A DNA stretch of 64,000 bases from a virus: the IMG/VR virus record IMGVR_UViG_3300042292_000979. One strand, written 5' to 3'. The notes under the pieces were generated by a model. That model did not search any database. It worked only from the letters and a program-made list of their open reading frames with translations, and was not told the DNA's origin. Both the position numbers and the translations under genes were made by a program. Every line of letters starts with the position of its first letter. Within the stretch, counting starts at the first letter, position 1. Shown piece after piece: positions 49,527-59,941 of the stretch.

Positions 49527-49906
49527 GGTTATTCTTTGTGAGAGTAGTCCATAGAGTTTACATAATCTTTCATTACTCTTTTATAGAATCTAAGATCTAC
49601 ATTTCCAGTAGCAAACATATCAACTAAATCTTTAAAGTCTTCAAGCAAATGCTTTTGTTTAGTAAGTTTACTATTGAGTACAATGTTTTCCATTTTTAAA
49701 TGATCAACCGTATGTTTATCTGTAATTGTTTCCATTAGTATTCAATACCTTTGAGCTTTAATAATTCTTTTTGAAGTTCATTATTCTTATCTCTAAGAGA
49801 CTTTATCTCAACAGCTGCATCATAAAAAAGATTAGCATAAACCATAACTCCATCTTTTTTACCCTTAGCTATTTCAGCTAAAGCAACTAGTGCTTCTAGT
49901 ATATCA

Positions 49907-50569
49907 TCATTTTTTTGCAACTTTTTTACGCGGCCTTCCTACTGTAGGCTTACCTGCAGAATCAGTTTCCTGTACAAACCAATGATAAGGAAATCCGGTA
50001 TGTGGATCAAATCTTGCTGCAACAGCAATTGCCTTAGTTGCAATTAACTTTGCATGAGCTGTAGTCATTTTCTTTTTACCGACAAGAGCCTGTAATGCAC
50101 CGAGAGCATACGAACTACCACTACCCAATGCATAGATTCCACTAGCATCAGAAGCCCAACTGTAATCACCATCAACTACATAAATAGAACCATGTATGGA
50201 AACTAAAATCATAGAATCATGTTCGGCAATATGCTTCTTATCTTCGTTGCTGTCCGGCAAAGCGTACCCCTGCTGTTCAAAGCATTCACGTAGTGCGGGA
50301 ATAAACTTAGCGGTTATAAACTCATCTAGTTTTTTTCCTCGAAGATTAGGAGGTGGAGTTGGCGGCTGAAAAACGTGATGTAAAATATTGATTGCACGCA
50401 TATCTCCAGCGGCTCCTAATAAATACTTACCATTAACAGCAACTTTGCAGTTACCTTCTTTTAAGGTAAAGATTTGAGAGATATATCCAGAATTATCTAT
50501 ATCAGATATTCGTGAATCCACACACACTGCTGAGAAACCATCGCCCTGAATAGCAATAATAGTTGTCAT
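49907..50569 (-). CDS. Proteasome-beta/HslV-like Ntn hydrolase
   Basis: M-TTIIAIQGDGFSAVCVDSRIS, GKYLLGAAGD, DGDYSWASDASGIYALGSGSSYALGAL. Confidence 0.75.
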   Translation of the reverse strand: MTTIIAIQGDGFSAVCVDSRISDIDNSGYISQIFTLKEGNCKVAVNGKYLLGAAGDMRAINILHHVFQPPTPPPNLRGKKLDEFITAKFIPALRECFEQQGYALPDSNEDKKHIAEHDSMILVSIHGSIYVVDGDYSWASDASGIYALGSGSSYALGALQALVGKKKMTTAHAKLIATKAIAVAARFDPHTGFPYHWFVQETDSAGKPTVGRPRKKVAKK

Positions 50570-50997
50570 ACGGATCCCTCTAAAATGTATTTAAGATAAG
50601 AAAGTAAGTATAGCAGATATTACAGGATTGGAGCAAGCGCTTTAATTAAGTATTTAAAAGAAGGCCAAGTTCTTTTAATAAAACTAATAATTAAATTAAC
50701 TGTTTTCATATTTATCCTATTCTTTTAAATGATTTAATTTAGTTTTTAAATAGAATAAATATATTAATTTAAATTACATTCTCCATAATGAAGGAGAGTG
50801 ATTTTCTTCCACTTCTTTTTTATCATCTATGTCTTCATATAACCTAACTATATGAATGCAAGGATCGCCCTCATATAACTCTTCGTCTTCTTTAAAAGTG
50901 GTAGGAAGTCCATCGTGAGTATAGCAAACTGCTGGTCCACACCATCCTCTATTAATCCCAATCTTTATCCACTCATCAAAATAGATTTCTTCTGGAT

Positions 50998-51360
50998 TCA
51001 TGAGTTTCTCCCTACTGAAAGTAGTTTCGCGCTCTGCCGAGCTTTCTGGATAAATGGAAAGGACATGGATCTACGCTTCGCGCAGAGGTGCATAGGGACA
51101 TCCGTAACGCCTACGTTGACCTTAAGGGTAGCATCACAGTGGTCACACAACCATTGGCTTGGGGCTGGAATATAAAACTTGTACGTTCTATCAGAATCCT
51201 TAATAGTCTTAACCGCTTTCACCGAAGGACTACTAACATGCTCAACTTCTTCTTGGGCATTTATCTCAGTGCATTCAGGGCAAAATATTGGTTTTCTGCC
51301 TCTGGTTCTTTCACGTTCCCACTTTTGTTCACAACGTGCACATTCTAATTTTTCTTTCAT
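50998..51360 (-). CDS. Zinc-ribbon protein
   Basis: LECARCEQKWERERTRGRKPIFCPEC and WLCDHCDATLKVNVG; contains CGG at 51037-51039. Confidence 0.5.
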   Translation of the reverse strand: MKEKLECARCEQKWERERTRGRKPIFCPECTEINAQEEVEHVSSPSVKAVKTIKDSDRTYKFYIPAPSQWLCDHCDATLKVNVGVTDVPMHLCAKRRSMSFPFIQKARQSAKLLSVGRNS

Positions 51361-51878
51361 AACTACCTCAAATATTGGTTAAACGCATAGTAAGGCTATT
51401 ATAATACAGATATAACAATTTTAAATCAACTTCAAAAGCTCATTTTCTGTTGGACTAATCATCGATATATCTACAAGGTATCCATCTGTAAATTTCAATT
51501 TATAAGTTATATAGATCCAATTTCTTTTAACATTTGGACCGCTGATCCTACTCAAATATCCATTTGCTCCTACCCCAAGATATTCTCCAGTATCCAATAA
51601 GTTGGAATCATCTAGATACACAATCATGTCAGCTTCTATTATTCCATGATAATCAATTAATTCTTCAGGGCCCACTGGTTCTTTGTCGAACCAACTGCCT
51701 GGAGTCAAATACAATCTATTGTCCTTAGATACTCTATAGTTATCTAATGTGCAATTTAGTTCTTTAGTCTGAAAAATATTTTCCTCAAAAGATCTTTTAA
51801 TAATTGGAATAATAGATTGAGGAATATAATCAGGAATTGGTAACTCGCATTCTATCTCAACGTAATCATACATTCCCA

Positions 51879-52312
51879 TTATTTGTTTTCCTTAACTTTA
51901 ATAACTTTATGATAATAGTTTCTAGCATAAGAATTTATTTTACTTTTATTCTTATCTCGATACGCTTTAAGTCTTTGTCTAAAAGCAAAAACGCAAATAT
52001 CACACCTACATTTATGATCCCTGTAATATTTATCAGAACCGTGAGTTGTTGGCTTATTATTTTTTTGCTCTAAAGTACTTTTAGCTATATGGCAAGTATT
52101 GCACAACGCTTGGCATTTAGCAAGTTCGTAATCTCTTAATTCTTGGTTTCTTGTCCAAATACGATTGATTTGATATTCTTTAGTGGAAGGATCAATATGA
52201 TCAATTTCTAAATTATCCCAAGTTCCACAACTGACACAAGGGCCATTATCCGAAAGCCATAGTTGCCTTCGTTGCTGTACTCGTATTTTTATTTTTTCAT
52301 ATCGATCTGACA
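51879..52312 (-). CDS. HNH endonuclease
   Basis: CVSCGTWDNLEIDHIDPSTKEY...ELAKCQALCNTCHIAKS; start set downstream of the tRNA gene, approximate. Confidence 0.7.
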
Positions 52313-52329
52313 TACCGTATCCTTTTGGA

Positions 52330-52400
52330 GCGGGTAGGGAGAATCGAACTCCCACAAACAGGTCGGAAACATGTTGGTCTACCATTAACGTATACCCGCG
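52330..52400 (-). tRNA. tRNA-Gly-like, anticodon region UCC(G)
   Basis: 5'-GCGGGTATACGTTAATGGTAGACCAACATGTTTCCGACCTGTTTGTGGGAGTTCGATTCTCCCTACCCGCT-3': 7-bp acceptor, T arm GGGAG-TTCGATT-CTCCC, anticodon loop TTTCCGA. Confidence 0.85.
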
Positions 52401-52967
52401 TTAACAGGTATAGTATAGCACGCTGTCTCTTTCTGTATGCGATCCTTAAGACGCAAAAAAGAATTGATCGCTTCTTTTCTGACACTTTAGAATGTATATG
52501 TATTTTATATCAGATCAGAAGCATTAATGGATAACGCTCCAAAAACATCTACTGCTATTTTATTGACATCATGAGGTAGACATAGATAGGTATTTTGCAT
52601 CTTTGTATAGTATGAAGAATCATCGACAAGAGAAAAACTATTATCCCAGGCAGCTAAATAAGAACTATGCTTCCTGCGATTTTTGCGTCTCTTGCTCAAT
52701 TTCTTCACCTTTACTATAGACAATTACTGAAGACTTGCCAACTCTGGCTATAACTTCAGCTTCATGTTTGTTTCGAATATTAGTATTAAAATAATTTCCA
52801 ACAGACGGAGAAGCAATTAGGGAATTATACATCTCCATAGTTATAGACTTATATAACCAAATGCTACCCGTACCAAATGTCACAATGAGTGAATTAGATT
52901 TTTCATCATAAGCTAAATGCTTTATGAATGAAGAGTCTACAAAGAATTTTTCATGTTTTGTCATTAG

Positions 52968-53041
52968 CGCCTCCGGTACGATTTGAACGTACGACCTAAA
53001 CATTAGAAGTGTTTTGCTCTATCCAGCTGAGCTACAGAGGC
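52968..53041 (-). tRNA. tRNA-Arg(TCT)
   Basis: GCCTCTG-TA-GCTCAGCTGGATAGAGC-A-AAACA-CTTCTAA-TGTTT-...-GTACG-TTCAAAT-CGTAC-CGGAGGC-G. Confidence 0.9.
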
Positions 53042-53886
53042 TAAATTGATCTGTGTGGAGTGTATGGATAATTATACCTTATAGAAGTCTGATCATCAAT
53101 TAATAAGTTCATTTCAATAACATTTTCTTTATCTTTAACCTGATAAAAGAAACCATTATTCCAATAAGCACCTTCTACAATAAATCCTTTTATCTTATCT
53201 AAATAACCAACTTCTTGCCAAAAGTTATTACTGTCCATTCTGTATCTAAAAATACCCAATGGAGCAGATGCCCAGATAGTAGGACTATTGGGATCGAGAT
53301 GCGTTAAAAACACTTGTCCCTGGCTGCTGGTAAACAACTTGGTTAGATGAGAGATAACATCAAATGAATAATCTTTTGTAGAATAAACATGCCACGGTTT
53401 ATATAGAATATAATCTCGTAGAAAGTAATAAGAGTTTTCTGGACTAAAGCTAGAGTCTTTACTGCCTATGCTGTCTACAAGATTATGTATCATGTTAATC
53501 GTTGTTTTCTAAAATCTTTTGATGCGAGCTTTCGGTTAAGATAAGCTTAACATACAACATTCTTTGCTCAATTGCAGTTAAAAATCTTATTGCACCCATT
53601 CGCCATTTGTTCGATTCTACAAAATGCTTGTTCATTTCAATTTTATTATCATCAGTCAGTTCAATAACTTTTATTTTATCTTTTGACTTCTGAGAAGCAA
53701 GTTGGAACTCTACATCTTTTCGTATGATCCTTAATTGGAACATCCATAAATTTATATTATTTAATAACACAGAAGTTTCTTCTTCAGAAGTTTCATTCTT
53801 TATATCTTTTAAGACTAAAGCATTAAACTTCTGCAGTTGATCTGGTGTTAAATTTTCAAAGTATTCGTTAGACCATATGTCTGTAA

Positions 53887-54636
53887 TCATGATATTTTTT
53901 CTTCCTTATTAACAAAGGTATGTGCGGTTTTTATATCAGATAAAAGATGATCAGAAACTGACTGACCAGCCTTTAAAGCGTATGCTGGAGAATACGTGGT
54001 TATAATTGGCCAGTAACCTAACCAGTTTACAGTACCACGATAATCTTTAATTTTGATTTCAGAGCCAAACAATGTGTATGCAGGTAAAGATCCTAATGTT
54101 ACAATCAATTTAGGATTTAAAAGTTGAATCTCAGTATGTAAATAAGGAGAACAATTAAATATTTCTTGATTAGTAAATTTTCTTTTTACTGGACATCTAT
54201 TAACGTAAGTTAGACAAACCTTAGTAGAGTCAAATCCAGATTCTTTTAAAAACTTTAAAAGTAAACTTACCACGTCTTGCTGCATATTGGGTGAATCTAT
54301 TACAAACAAAACGTCTGGATTAGTTACATTCCATTTTGGAAGTTCCGGACTAATGGATCCAATATCACATTTGCTACAATTCTTAGTGACTGTATGAAAG
54401 TCTTTGATCTTGTAATTAACTTTTCTAGAAAGAAGTTCTGAACGAATATCTTTAAATAGAGTTGTTAATGCGGAGTCGTGAATTAAACCAGTTAAGTTAT
54501 TATAAACGATTTCTAGAAGCTCTGTCTCCATAAACCCCAAGTGTAATCCTGATTTAGGAATAAACTTAGAATCGCCTGAAGACAGAGCTTCTTCGATCAA
54601 AGAATTCAGTTCAGCTTCGCTGAATTCTAAATCCAT
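53887..54636 (-). CDS. Uracil-DNA glycosylase family protein (family 4/5-like)
   Basis: VLFVIDSPNMQQD...VCLTYVNRCPVKRKFTNQEIFNCSPYLHTEIQLLNPKLIVTLGSLPAYTLFG...TYSPAYALK. Confidence 0.75.
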   Translation of the reverse strand: MDLEFSEAELNSLIEEALSSGDSKFIPKSGLHLGFMETELLEIVYNNLTGLIHDSALTTLFKDIRSELLSRKVNYKIKDFHTVTKNCSKCDIGSISPELPKWNVTNPDVLFVIDSPNMQQDVVSLLLKFLKESGFDSTKVCLTYVNRCPVKRKFTNQEIFNCSPYLHTEIQLLNPKLIVTLGSLPAYTLFGSEIKIKDYRGTVNWLGYWPIITTYSPAYALKAGQSVSDHLLSDIKTAHTFVNKEEKIS

Positions 54637-55085
54637 TAGAACTGGCTAGGAACCGAATTAAATTCTTCAGTTGAAGAGGTAGCTCCTGTAGCTGTTGTCG
54701 TTGTTCCAGTAGCTGTAGCAGTCTTTGGTGCACCGCCGCTCATGATATACGAAACAGATTCAGCAACTACAACAACACGTGAACGGTTGTTATTGTCCTG
54801 CTGCCAACGCTCTTGCACCAAACGTCCAACTAGTTGAATCGATGAACCCTTCTTCATTTTTCCAGAAGTAATTTGGGTGTGTAAGAAAGACGCATTCTTT
54901 GTTGCAAAGTCATTACCATCTTTGAGGTAATATACTATGTCAAAGTAGCCTGAATTATTTTGGCTTCCTTTTTCGGAACCAGCATAATCAACTGCCATTC
55001 TGAACTTTGCAATTTTATCGTTAATAAGTTCTGGATCGGAGACTACTCCACCAGTAAGGCTTATTACATTTTTTGGGTCTATCAT
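54636..55085 (-). CDS. ssb: Single-stranded DNA-binding protein
   Basis: DIVYYLKDGNDFATKNASFLHTQITSGKMKKGSSIQLVGRLVQERWQQDNNNRSRVVVVAESVSYI. Confidence 0.75.
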   Translation of the reverse strand: MIDPKNVISLTGGVVSDPELINDKIAKFRMAVDYAGSEKGSQNNSGYFDIVYYLKDGNDFATKNASFLHTQITSGKMKKGSSIQLVGRLVQERWQQDNNNRSRVVVVAESVSYIMSGGAPKTATATGTTTTATGATSSTEEFNSVPSQF

Positions 55086-55118
55086 ATTTTTTCTCCAATA
55101 GTGGTTTATGTGTTTTGG

Positions 55119-55358
55119 TTATTTATTTTCTTCACCGTCAAGAACGGTTTGAAAGTTGTTAATTATTTCTTGCAGATAAAGTATACAATACTTCATTGCC
55201 TCAGTAGGTCCTACTTTTGTAGACAAATGATTATATAGACTTATAAAAAGACTAAATATTCCAGACTTTAATTCTTGGATACTATCGCTTGAAGTCGTTT
55301 CATCTATCTTTGGAACTAAAGAGTTTTGCTGTTGATCTGTATGTTCATTATTGGACAT
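55119..55358 (-). CDS. Hypothetical protein
   Basis: Open frame in operon. Confidence 0.4.
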   Translation of the reverse strand: MSNNEHTDQQQNSLVPKIDETTSSDSIQELKSGIFSLFISLYNHLSTKVGPTEAMKYCILYLQEIINNFQTVLDGEENK

Positions 55359-55656
55359 TATTAGTATTCCTTCTTGATATTACATTATCAATCATTTCGC
55401 CAAGAAACTTTGTATCCCTATACCCTTTATCATAAAGAATGGATATAATTGGTTTAGGATCAATTAAATTATAAGTAATTAATTGTAAATTAAAAATATC
55501 ATTTAAAGTATATACCCTATAACTATTCATGTCTCTTCGAGGTTCAGGATACTTATTGCTTTTTTCTCTATTAGCAATAGTTAAAGAAGAAACATTTAAA
55601 ATTTGAGCAATTTCAGATCTAGTAAACATTGGTTCTGCTGTTTTATTTTTGGCCAT
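55348..55656 (-). CDS. MerR-like/HTH DNA-binding protein
   Basis: MFTRSEIAQILNVSSLTIANREKSNKYPEPRRDMNSYRVYTLNDI. Confidence 0.65.
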   Translation of the reverse strand: MAKNKTAEPMFTRSEIAQILNVSSLTIANREKSNKYPEPRRDMNSYRVYTLNDIFNLQLITYNLIDPKPIISILYDKGYRDTKFLGEMIDNVISRRNTNNVQ

Positions 55657-55717
55657 TTTTTAATACCTTTTTAAAAGTTTATATGACTCTATATAGTATC
55701 ATTAAAAATATGCAAAA

Positions 55718-56770
55718 TCAAATTAGATCAGAATTTTTTAAAGAATTAAGCGACTCAAGAAAACTCTTATCAATGCTAGCTGAACCCATTATAGGAGATT
55801 CTTCACCGTCTAAAAATGCGTGAATCATTTGACGATACGTTTGAGATTCATTATAGAGATCTGAAACATCAATAGATTCAGAAGGATCATCGCAACTAGT
55901 GTCTAGGTCAAAACGTTCTGGATCGTGTTCATAATAATACCCTCTGTCACTTTCAAAAGTTTGAGTTAAGGAAGGATTGGGCCAATTAAGATCTAAGACA
56001 TTGTCTAAGTCTAGAGATTCCCAGTCTCTTAAAACACCTTGAATATGAGTTGGAGTCATTCCTCTATAATACCCGTGAGTATTAACATTTTGTCCTAAAT
56101 TTGAATAACTAGTCATAAGCTCAACTGGTTTCTTTTGCCTAATAACATGATAAAAGTTTTCAGTTAAATCATGATTAAAGCCAGTATTCCAAATCCAATC
56201 ATAAGCAGAAGCTATGACTCCAGACAAGTCTTTTGAATAGCCATCTACATCATTCATATTATCAAACATAGGCCTGCATAGTAGTCCATTAGTAAAGAAA
56301 TTAGGAATTGGCGGCATGTAAATATTTTGCTCTGGAGAATTCAAAGAAGACTTCATAAAATACATTCGAACAGAATTACAAAAATATTTATTAGGATCAT
56401 AAGTCATTATATACAACTGCCAAGGAATTGCAATTCTATAAACATGAATTGGAGTATCATCATTTAAGTTGCTGACGTTTTGAGGAGCATATTGAATTAC
56501 CTGGTAAGAAGGAGGACGCTCAAAGACAACAACGCCATTAGAGTGATACTTAATAGCTGGAGGAACAATATTGGAAACAAGTTGTTTTTTATTATTATCA
56601 ATAATAGACTTGATAAATCCTTTATTAATATTTAACTGTTTATTTAAATTAAAATTATAATCAATATTATAAGAATTATAACTTAAAGAGATGTCTGCAG
56701 TTGGATTTTCGTCCCATATGCTATGATTTTTTTCAAATGAAATGTAAGAATATTTAAATTTAGAAATCAT
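55718..56770 (-). CDS. E2-like (PRTRC protein B-like) protein 1
   Basis: VYRIAIPWQLYIMTY...SVRMYFMKSSL...IYMPPIPNFFTNGLLCRPMFDN: UBC-like P-N-x-x-x-x-G-x-x-C. Confidence 0.55.
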   Translation of the reverse strand: MISKFKYSYISFEKNHSIWDENPTADISLSYNSYNIDYNFNLNKQLNINKGFIKSIIDNNKKQLVSNIVPPAIKYHSNGVVVFERPPSYQVIQYAPQNVSNLNDDTPIHVYRIAIPWQLYIMTYDPNKYFCNSVRMYFMKSSLNSPEQNIYMPPIPNFFTNGLLCRPMFDNMNDVDGYSKDLSGVIASAYDWIWNTGFNHDLTENFYHVIRQKKPVELMTSYSNLGQNVNTHGYYRGMTPTHIQGVLRDWESLDLDNVLDLNWPNPSLTQTFESDRGYYYEHDPERFDLDTSCDDPSESIDVSDLYNESQTYRQMIHAFLDGEESPIMGSASIDKSFLESLNSLKNSDLI

Positions 56771-56771
56771 A

Positions 56772-58094
56772 TTAACTCTTTTCTTCTAAGGCAGAATTAG
56801 CATATTCTTTAACATTAACAATGTCATCGAAATTAGATTCTATTCTTTGAGATTCAGTTGAACCTTGAAGAATATTGTTTGCAATAACTTCTAATGAAGA
56901 CTTTACAAAAGAAAGAAATAGGTCTTCATTTTCATCAACTAATTGTTTTGCTATATTTTCGCAAAGAGTATTAGAATAAATAGAAGAATGATTTTCAATT
57001 GATTCACGTGAAGTAAGTTCATTTTGATTGATTAAACCATTTATAATAAGTTCTTTTGAAAAAGAAATAACTATAGACCAATCAACGCCAGTTTTAACAG
57101 AACTAGAATTAGATAGATAAATAGAACGTATTAGAGATGTAATAACTTCTCTTTCACTCATTTGATCTTTAGCTCTTTCTTGAGAAAGAACATTTTCAAT
57201 GGTGTAAGATGCTCTATTTGTTCTTTTATATTCGCCAACAGCATGTAAAACTTCTGGCAAATCCATTAAACTCCAAGTAAGATATGCGTTTTTTATTTTT
57301 GTTGATTCTCTAGATCGATTGTTTTTAACATCTCTAATTTTAACTTTTGCTTTAGCAGCTCTAGCGGCTAAGTCTGGATCATGTAAAGGATCAGTTGTAA
57401 ATTTACCAATAGAAAAGTTGCAAATATTATAAATATGACCGCCACCTAAATCTAAATTCCAACCGCCATTAAAATAATCATTTATTAAGTAATGATATAT
57501 TTCACTAACATTTTTAGGGTTTATAATTTTTTGGGAAACTGCATCCATAAAATTAGCAGTAGTTTGACCTAAGCAAATGTCTCCAGTATGATGAAAGTTT
57601 GGAGTCCATGGAGTAATTAAATTATCTTGATAAGAAGATAATGGACCATCATTGTATAGCATTCTTAAAGAAGGAATAGGATTTTTTTCAGTGGGCATTG
57701 TCAAAATAGAAACAGTCCAGGGAATCCAAACTTCACAAAGAATAGAAGCTTCATCCTTAACCCTATTAGCCCTTAAAGAACTAAGTCTAACAGATGTTTT
57801 AAAAGGAGGACGCTCAATTACATATGTATCGTTTTCAATTCCCCTTATAGCAATTGGCATTGGTGCGCCTGTTAGATCAGTAATATAATTTGCGTCTTGC
57901 TGAACACTTCTTGCAAAATCGCGCCAAGAAAATTGATAGCTATTTCCAACAACTTTTAAAGTAACAGAATTTATACTTTTGTTAGAATCAGGAGTTGGAT
58001 CCTTTGTTGCTCTCACTTGCCAAGCATCTAGTGCAACTAGATTGTTAGTATTTGATTCAGATTGCTTGAAGTACTTTATTGTTTTGAACGACAT
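56772..58094 (-). CDS. E2-like (PRTRC protein B-like) protein 2
   Basis: CEVWIPWTVSILTM...SLRMLYNDGPL...ITPWTPNFHHTGDICLGQTTANFMDAV. Confidence 0.6.
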   Translation of the reverse strand: MSFKTIKYFKQSESNTNNLVALDAWQVRATKDPTPDSNKSINSVTLKVVGNSYQFSWRDFARSVQQDANYITDLTGAPMPIAIRGIENDTYVIERPPFKTSVRLSSLRANRVKDEASILCEVWIPWTVSILTMPTEKNPIPSLRMLYNDGPLSSYQDNLITPWTPNFHHTGDICLGQTTANFMDAVSQKIINPKNVSEIYHYLINDYFNGGWNLDLGGGHIYNICNFSIGKFTTDPLHDPDLAARAAKAKVKIRDVKNNRSRESTKIKNAYLTWSLMDLPEVLHAVGEYKRTNRASYTIENVLSQERAKDQMSEREVITSLIRSIYLSNSSSVKTGVDWSIVISFSKELIINGLINQNELTSRESIENHSSIYSNTLCENIAKQLVDENEDLFLSFVKSSLEVIANNILQGSTESQRIESNFDDIVNVKEYANSALEEKS

Positions 58095-59031
58095 AAGAGT
58101 CCTTAGAAAGTAAATTAGAAATATAACTATTCTTTGATTTTACATTAACAGAAACAGCATTGAGATCAGAAACCACATAAGAATAAGTAGTTTCTATATT
58201 ATAATCTTCTTTATAAGAATCTAATAAATGATTAAGCTTAGTTAAAATTTCTTCGTATAAATTAGATTTATCTTTAGGAAAAGATATTGAATCATAACTT
58301 AAAGTAGAAAATACAACATTAGTAGATGTGTTAACTATATCTACTTTGTAAATATTTTCCAAAGTTCTATATAAAACAGCGTCTACATTAAAAGAATTAC
58401 CACTTGTTTTATGGGTAAGAAGATTAGTGTAAATAACTTTTTGATCAGGTTGATAACCAGAGCAAGTAACTATAAAATGAGGAGAAGAAATACCAGAGGT
58501 AAACATACAAGGTGTTGGATTAACTGAACCTTTTGTAATTGCTTCATTGGAACAAGTAGAACCTTTAGCCAAGTTCGCATATTTATAATAATCTGAAACT
58601 TGTTGGCTAGAGGTCAAATAAGAACATTGACGGATAGAAGAAGTGTCTACCTTGATCTTAAAAAATAACTCACATTCAAAAGAAAACATTCTATACTGTG
58701 GATTGTAAGTGGTCCAATTAGGAATTTTACTATCAAAATTAGGAACTTGTCTAAAAATTTCTGAATTAGATTTTAATATGTATTGTTTAAATATTGTTTC
58801 AATATTATCACTTACACTGCTAATTGTAGTGTTATCTGGAATATTGTAAATAATATTAAATGTTAAATCAGAAATTAAAGATGAATCAGATTCTTTTATT
58901 GCTACATAAGATTGATATGTACTAACTGTATCCCAGTAACAATAGTTAATTGGAATATCTCCATTGAAAACAAAATTAACTTTAATACCACTAGTTAAAG
59001 TATGTTTAAAATCTTCTCTACTCATTATCAT
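58057..59031 (-). CDS. Hypothetical protein of Ubl-like operon
   Basis: Large coherent ORF overlapping its neighbours. Confidence 0.5.
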   Translation of the reverse strand: MIMSREDFKHTLTSGIKVNFVFNGDIPINYCYWDTVSTYQSYVAIKESDSSLISDLTFNIIYNIPDNTTISSVSDNIETIFKQYILKSNSEIFRQVPNFDSKIPNWTTYNPQYRMFSFECELFFKIKVDTSSIRQCSYLTSSQQVSDYYKYANLAKGSTCSNEAITKGSVNPTPCMFTSGISSPHFIVTCSGYQPDQKVIYTNLLTHKTSGNSFNVDAVLYRTLENIYKVDIVNTSTNVVFSTLSYDSISFPKDKSNLYEEILTKLNHLLDSYKEDYNIETTYSYVVSDLNAVSVNVKSKNSYISNLLSKDSYVVQNNKVLQAI

Positions 59032-59669
59032 CTCCAGGTATGCGTAGTATTATTTATAAGTTGAGTTTCTAAAATTTCTATTTTCTTTTCAAGAAACTTA
59101 GAATAGGATTGAGAAGATTCAACTTTGTCTAACAAAAACTTAATGTCGTTTTCTTGTTTAGCTAAATGATCTGTAGCTTGAACAAGTAACTGAGACATTG
59201 TAGAATAATTAACTTCCAATGACTTAATTGCGTTAAGATCATTTTCTGAAAAATAAACAGGTTTAATCAAAAGGCATTTGCCAGCACCAGAACCAATTTG
59301 CATTATTCTATTATTCTTTTTCATGTAAGAATAATAGGAGTTCATAACACTAGGTAAAACATTCGAATAAAAAGTTTTAAAAAAATGATTTTTAGAAAAT
59401 GGATAAATCATTTGAAAAACTTCTGGATATTCAGTTATCCCATAGTTAAGATGATCGTTTGTTAGTTCACCGTGTTCAGTAACATATGAAGCAACATACT
59501 CATCGTAAGTATGATTGGCTGATGCAACATGCCTTAAATAATCAATCCGATCATTTATAATGCAGTTGTGTGTAAATTGATCCAAAGGCAAAAGTTCATT
59601 TGTATTATTTAAAATACTATCAATAATTTCATTTGCTTGGGTAAGATCTGTAATGCTATTTATAATCAT
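59028..59669 (-). CDS. Hypothetical protein with C-terminal coiled coil; contains in-frame CGG at 59547-59549
   Basis: NDLNAIKSLEVNYSTMSQLLVQATDHLAKQENDIKFLLDKVE; ATGA overlap with the upstream gene. Confidence 0.5.
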   Translation of the reverse strand: MIINSITDLTQANEIIDSILNNTNELLPLDQFTHNCIINDRIDYLRHVASANHTYDEYVASYVTEHGELTNDHLNYGITEYPEVFQMIYPFSKNHFFKTFYSNVLPSVMNSYYSYMKKNNRIMQIGSGAGKCLLIKPVYFSENDLNAIKSLEVNYSTMSQLLVQATDHLAKQENDIKFLLDKVESSQSYSKFLEKKIEILETQLINNTTHTWR

Positions 59670-59941
59670 AAAACCTCAATTGAATGGAATTCTAATGTGT
59701 TATTTTTCATGAAAAACATCAAAGAAGAAGAAAGCAAATGAATAGATTGCATTTCTGGATACAAAGATTTAACTACTGGATATATAATACGCAGTGAAGA
59801 TAACGTATTAACCAACTCTAAAGAATTGGGATCAACAAATAAAACAGATACTGTATTATTCGGTGGTGTCAGGAGACTTGGAATCAACCACGTCTTCAAT
59901 GGCTGAGGCAAGTCTTGGATTTTGGTCTGCCACGATTCCAT
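59666..59941 (-). CDS. Hypothetical protein
   Basis: Operon ORF. Confidence 0.4.
   Translation of the reverse strand: MESWQTKIQDLPQPLKTWLIPSLLTPPNNTVSVLFVDPNSLELVNTLSSLRIIYPVVKSLYPEMQSIHLLSSSLMFFMKNNTLEFHSIEVL

Noticed and set aside
51879-52385. HNH ORF start at 52385
   Set aside because: The upstream portion lies in the tRNA-Gly gene; a start at MSDRYEKIKI is more likely.
52665-53003. ORF start at 53003
   Set aside because: The first residues translate the tRNA-Arg gene; a start at the ATG near 52963 is more likely.
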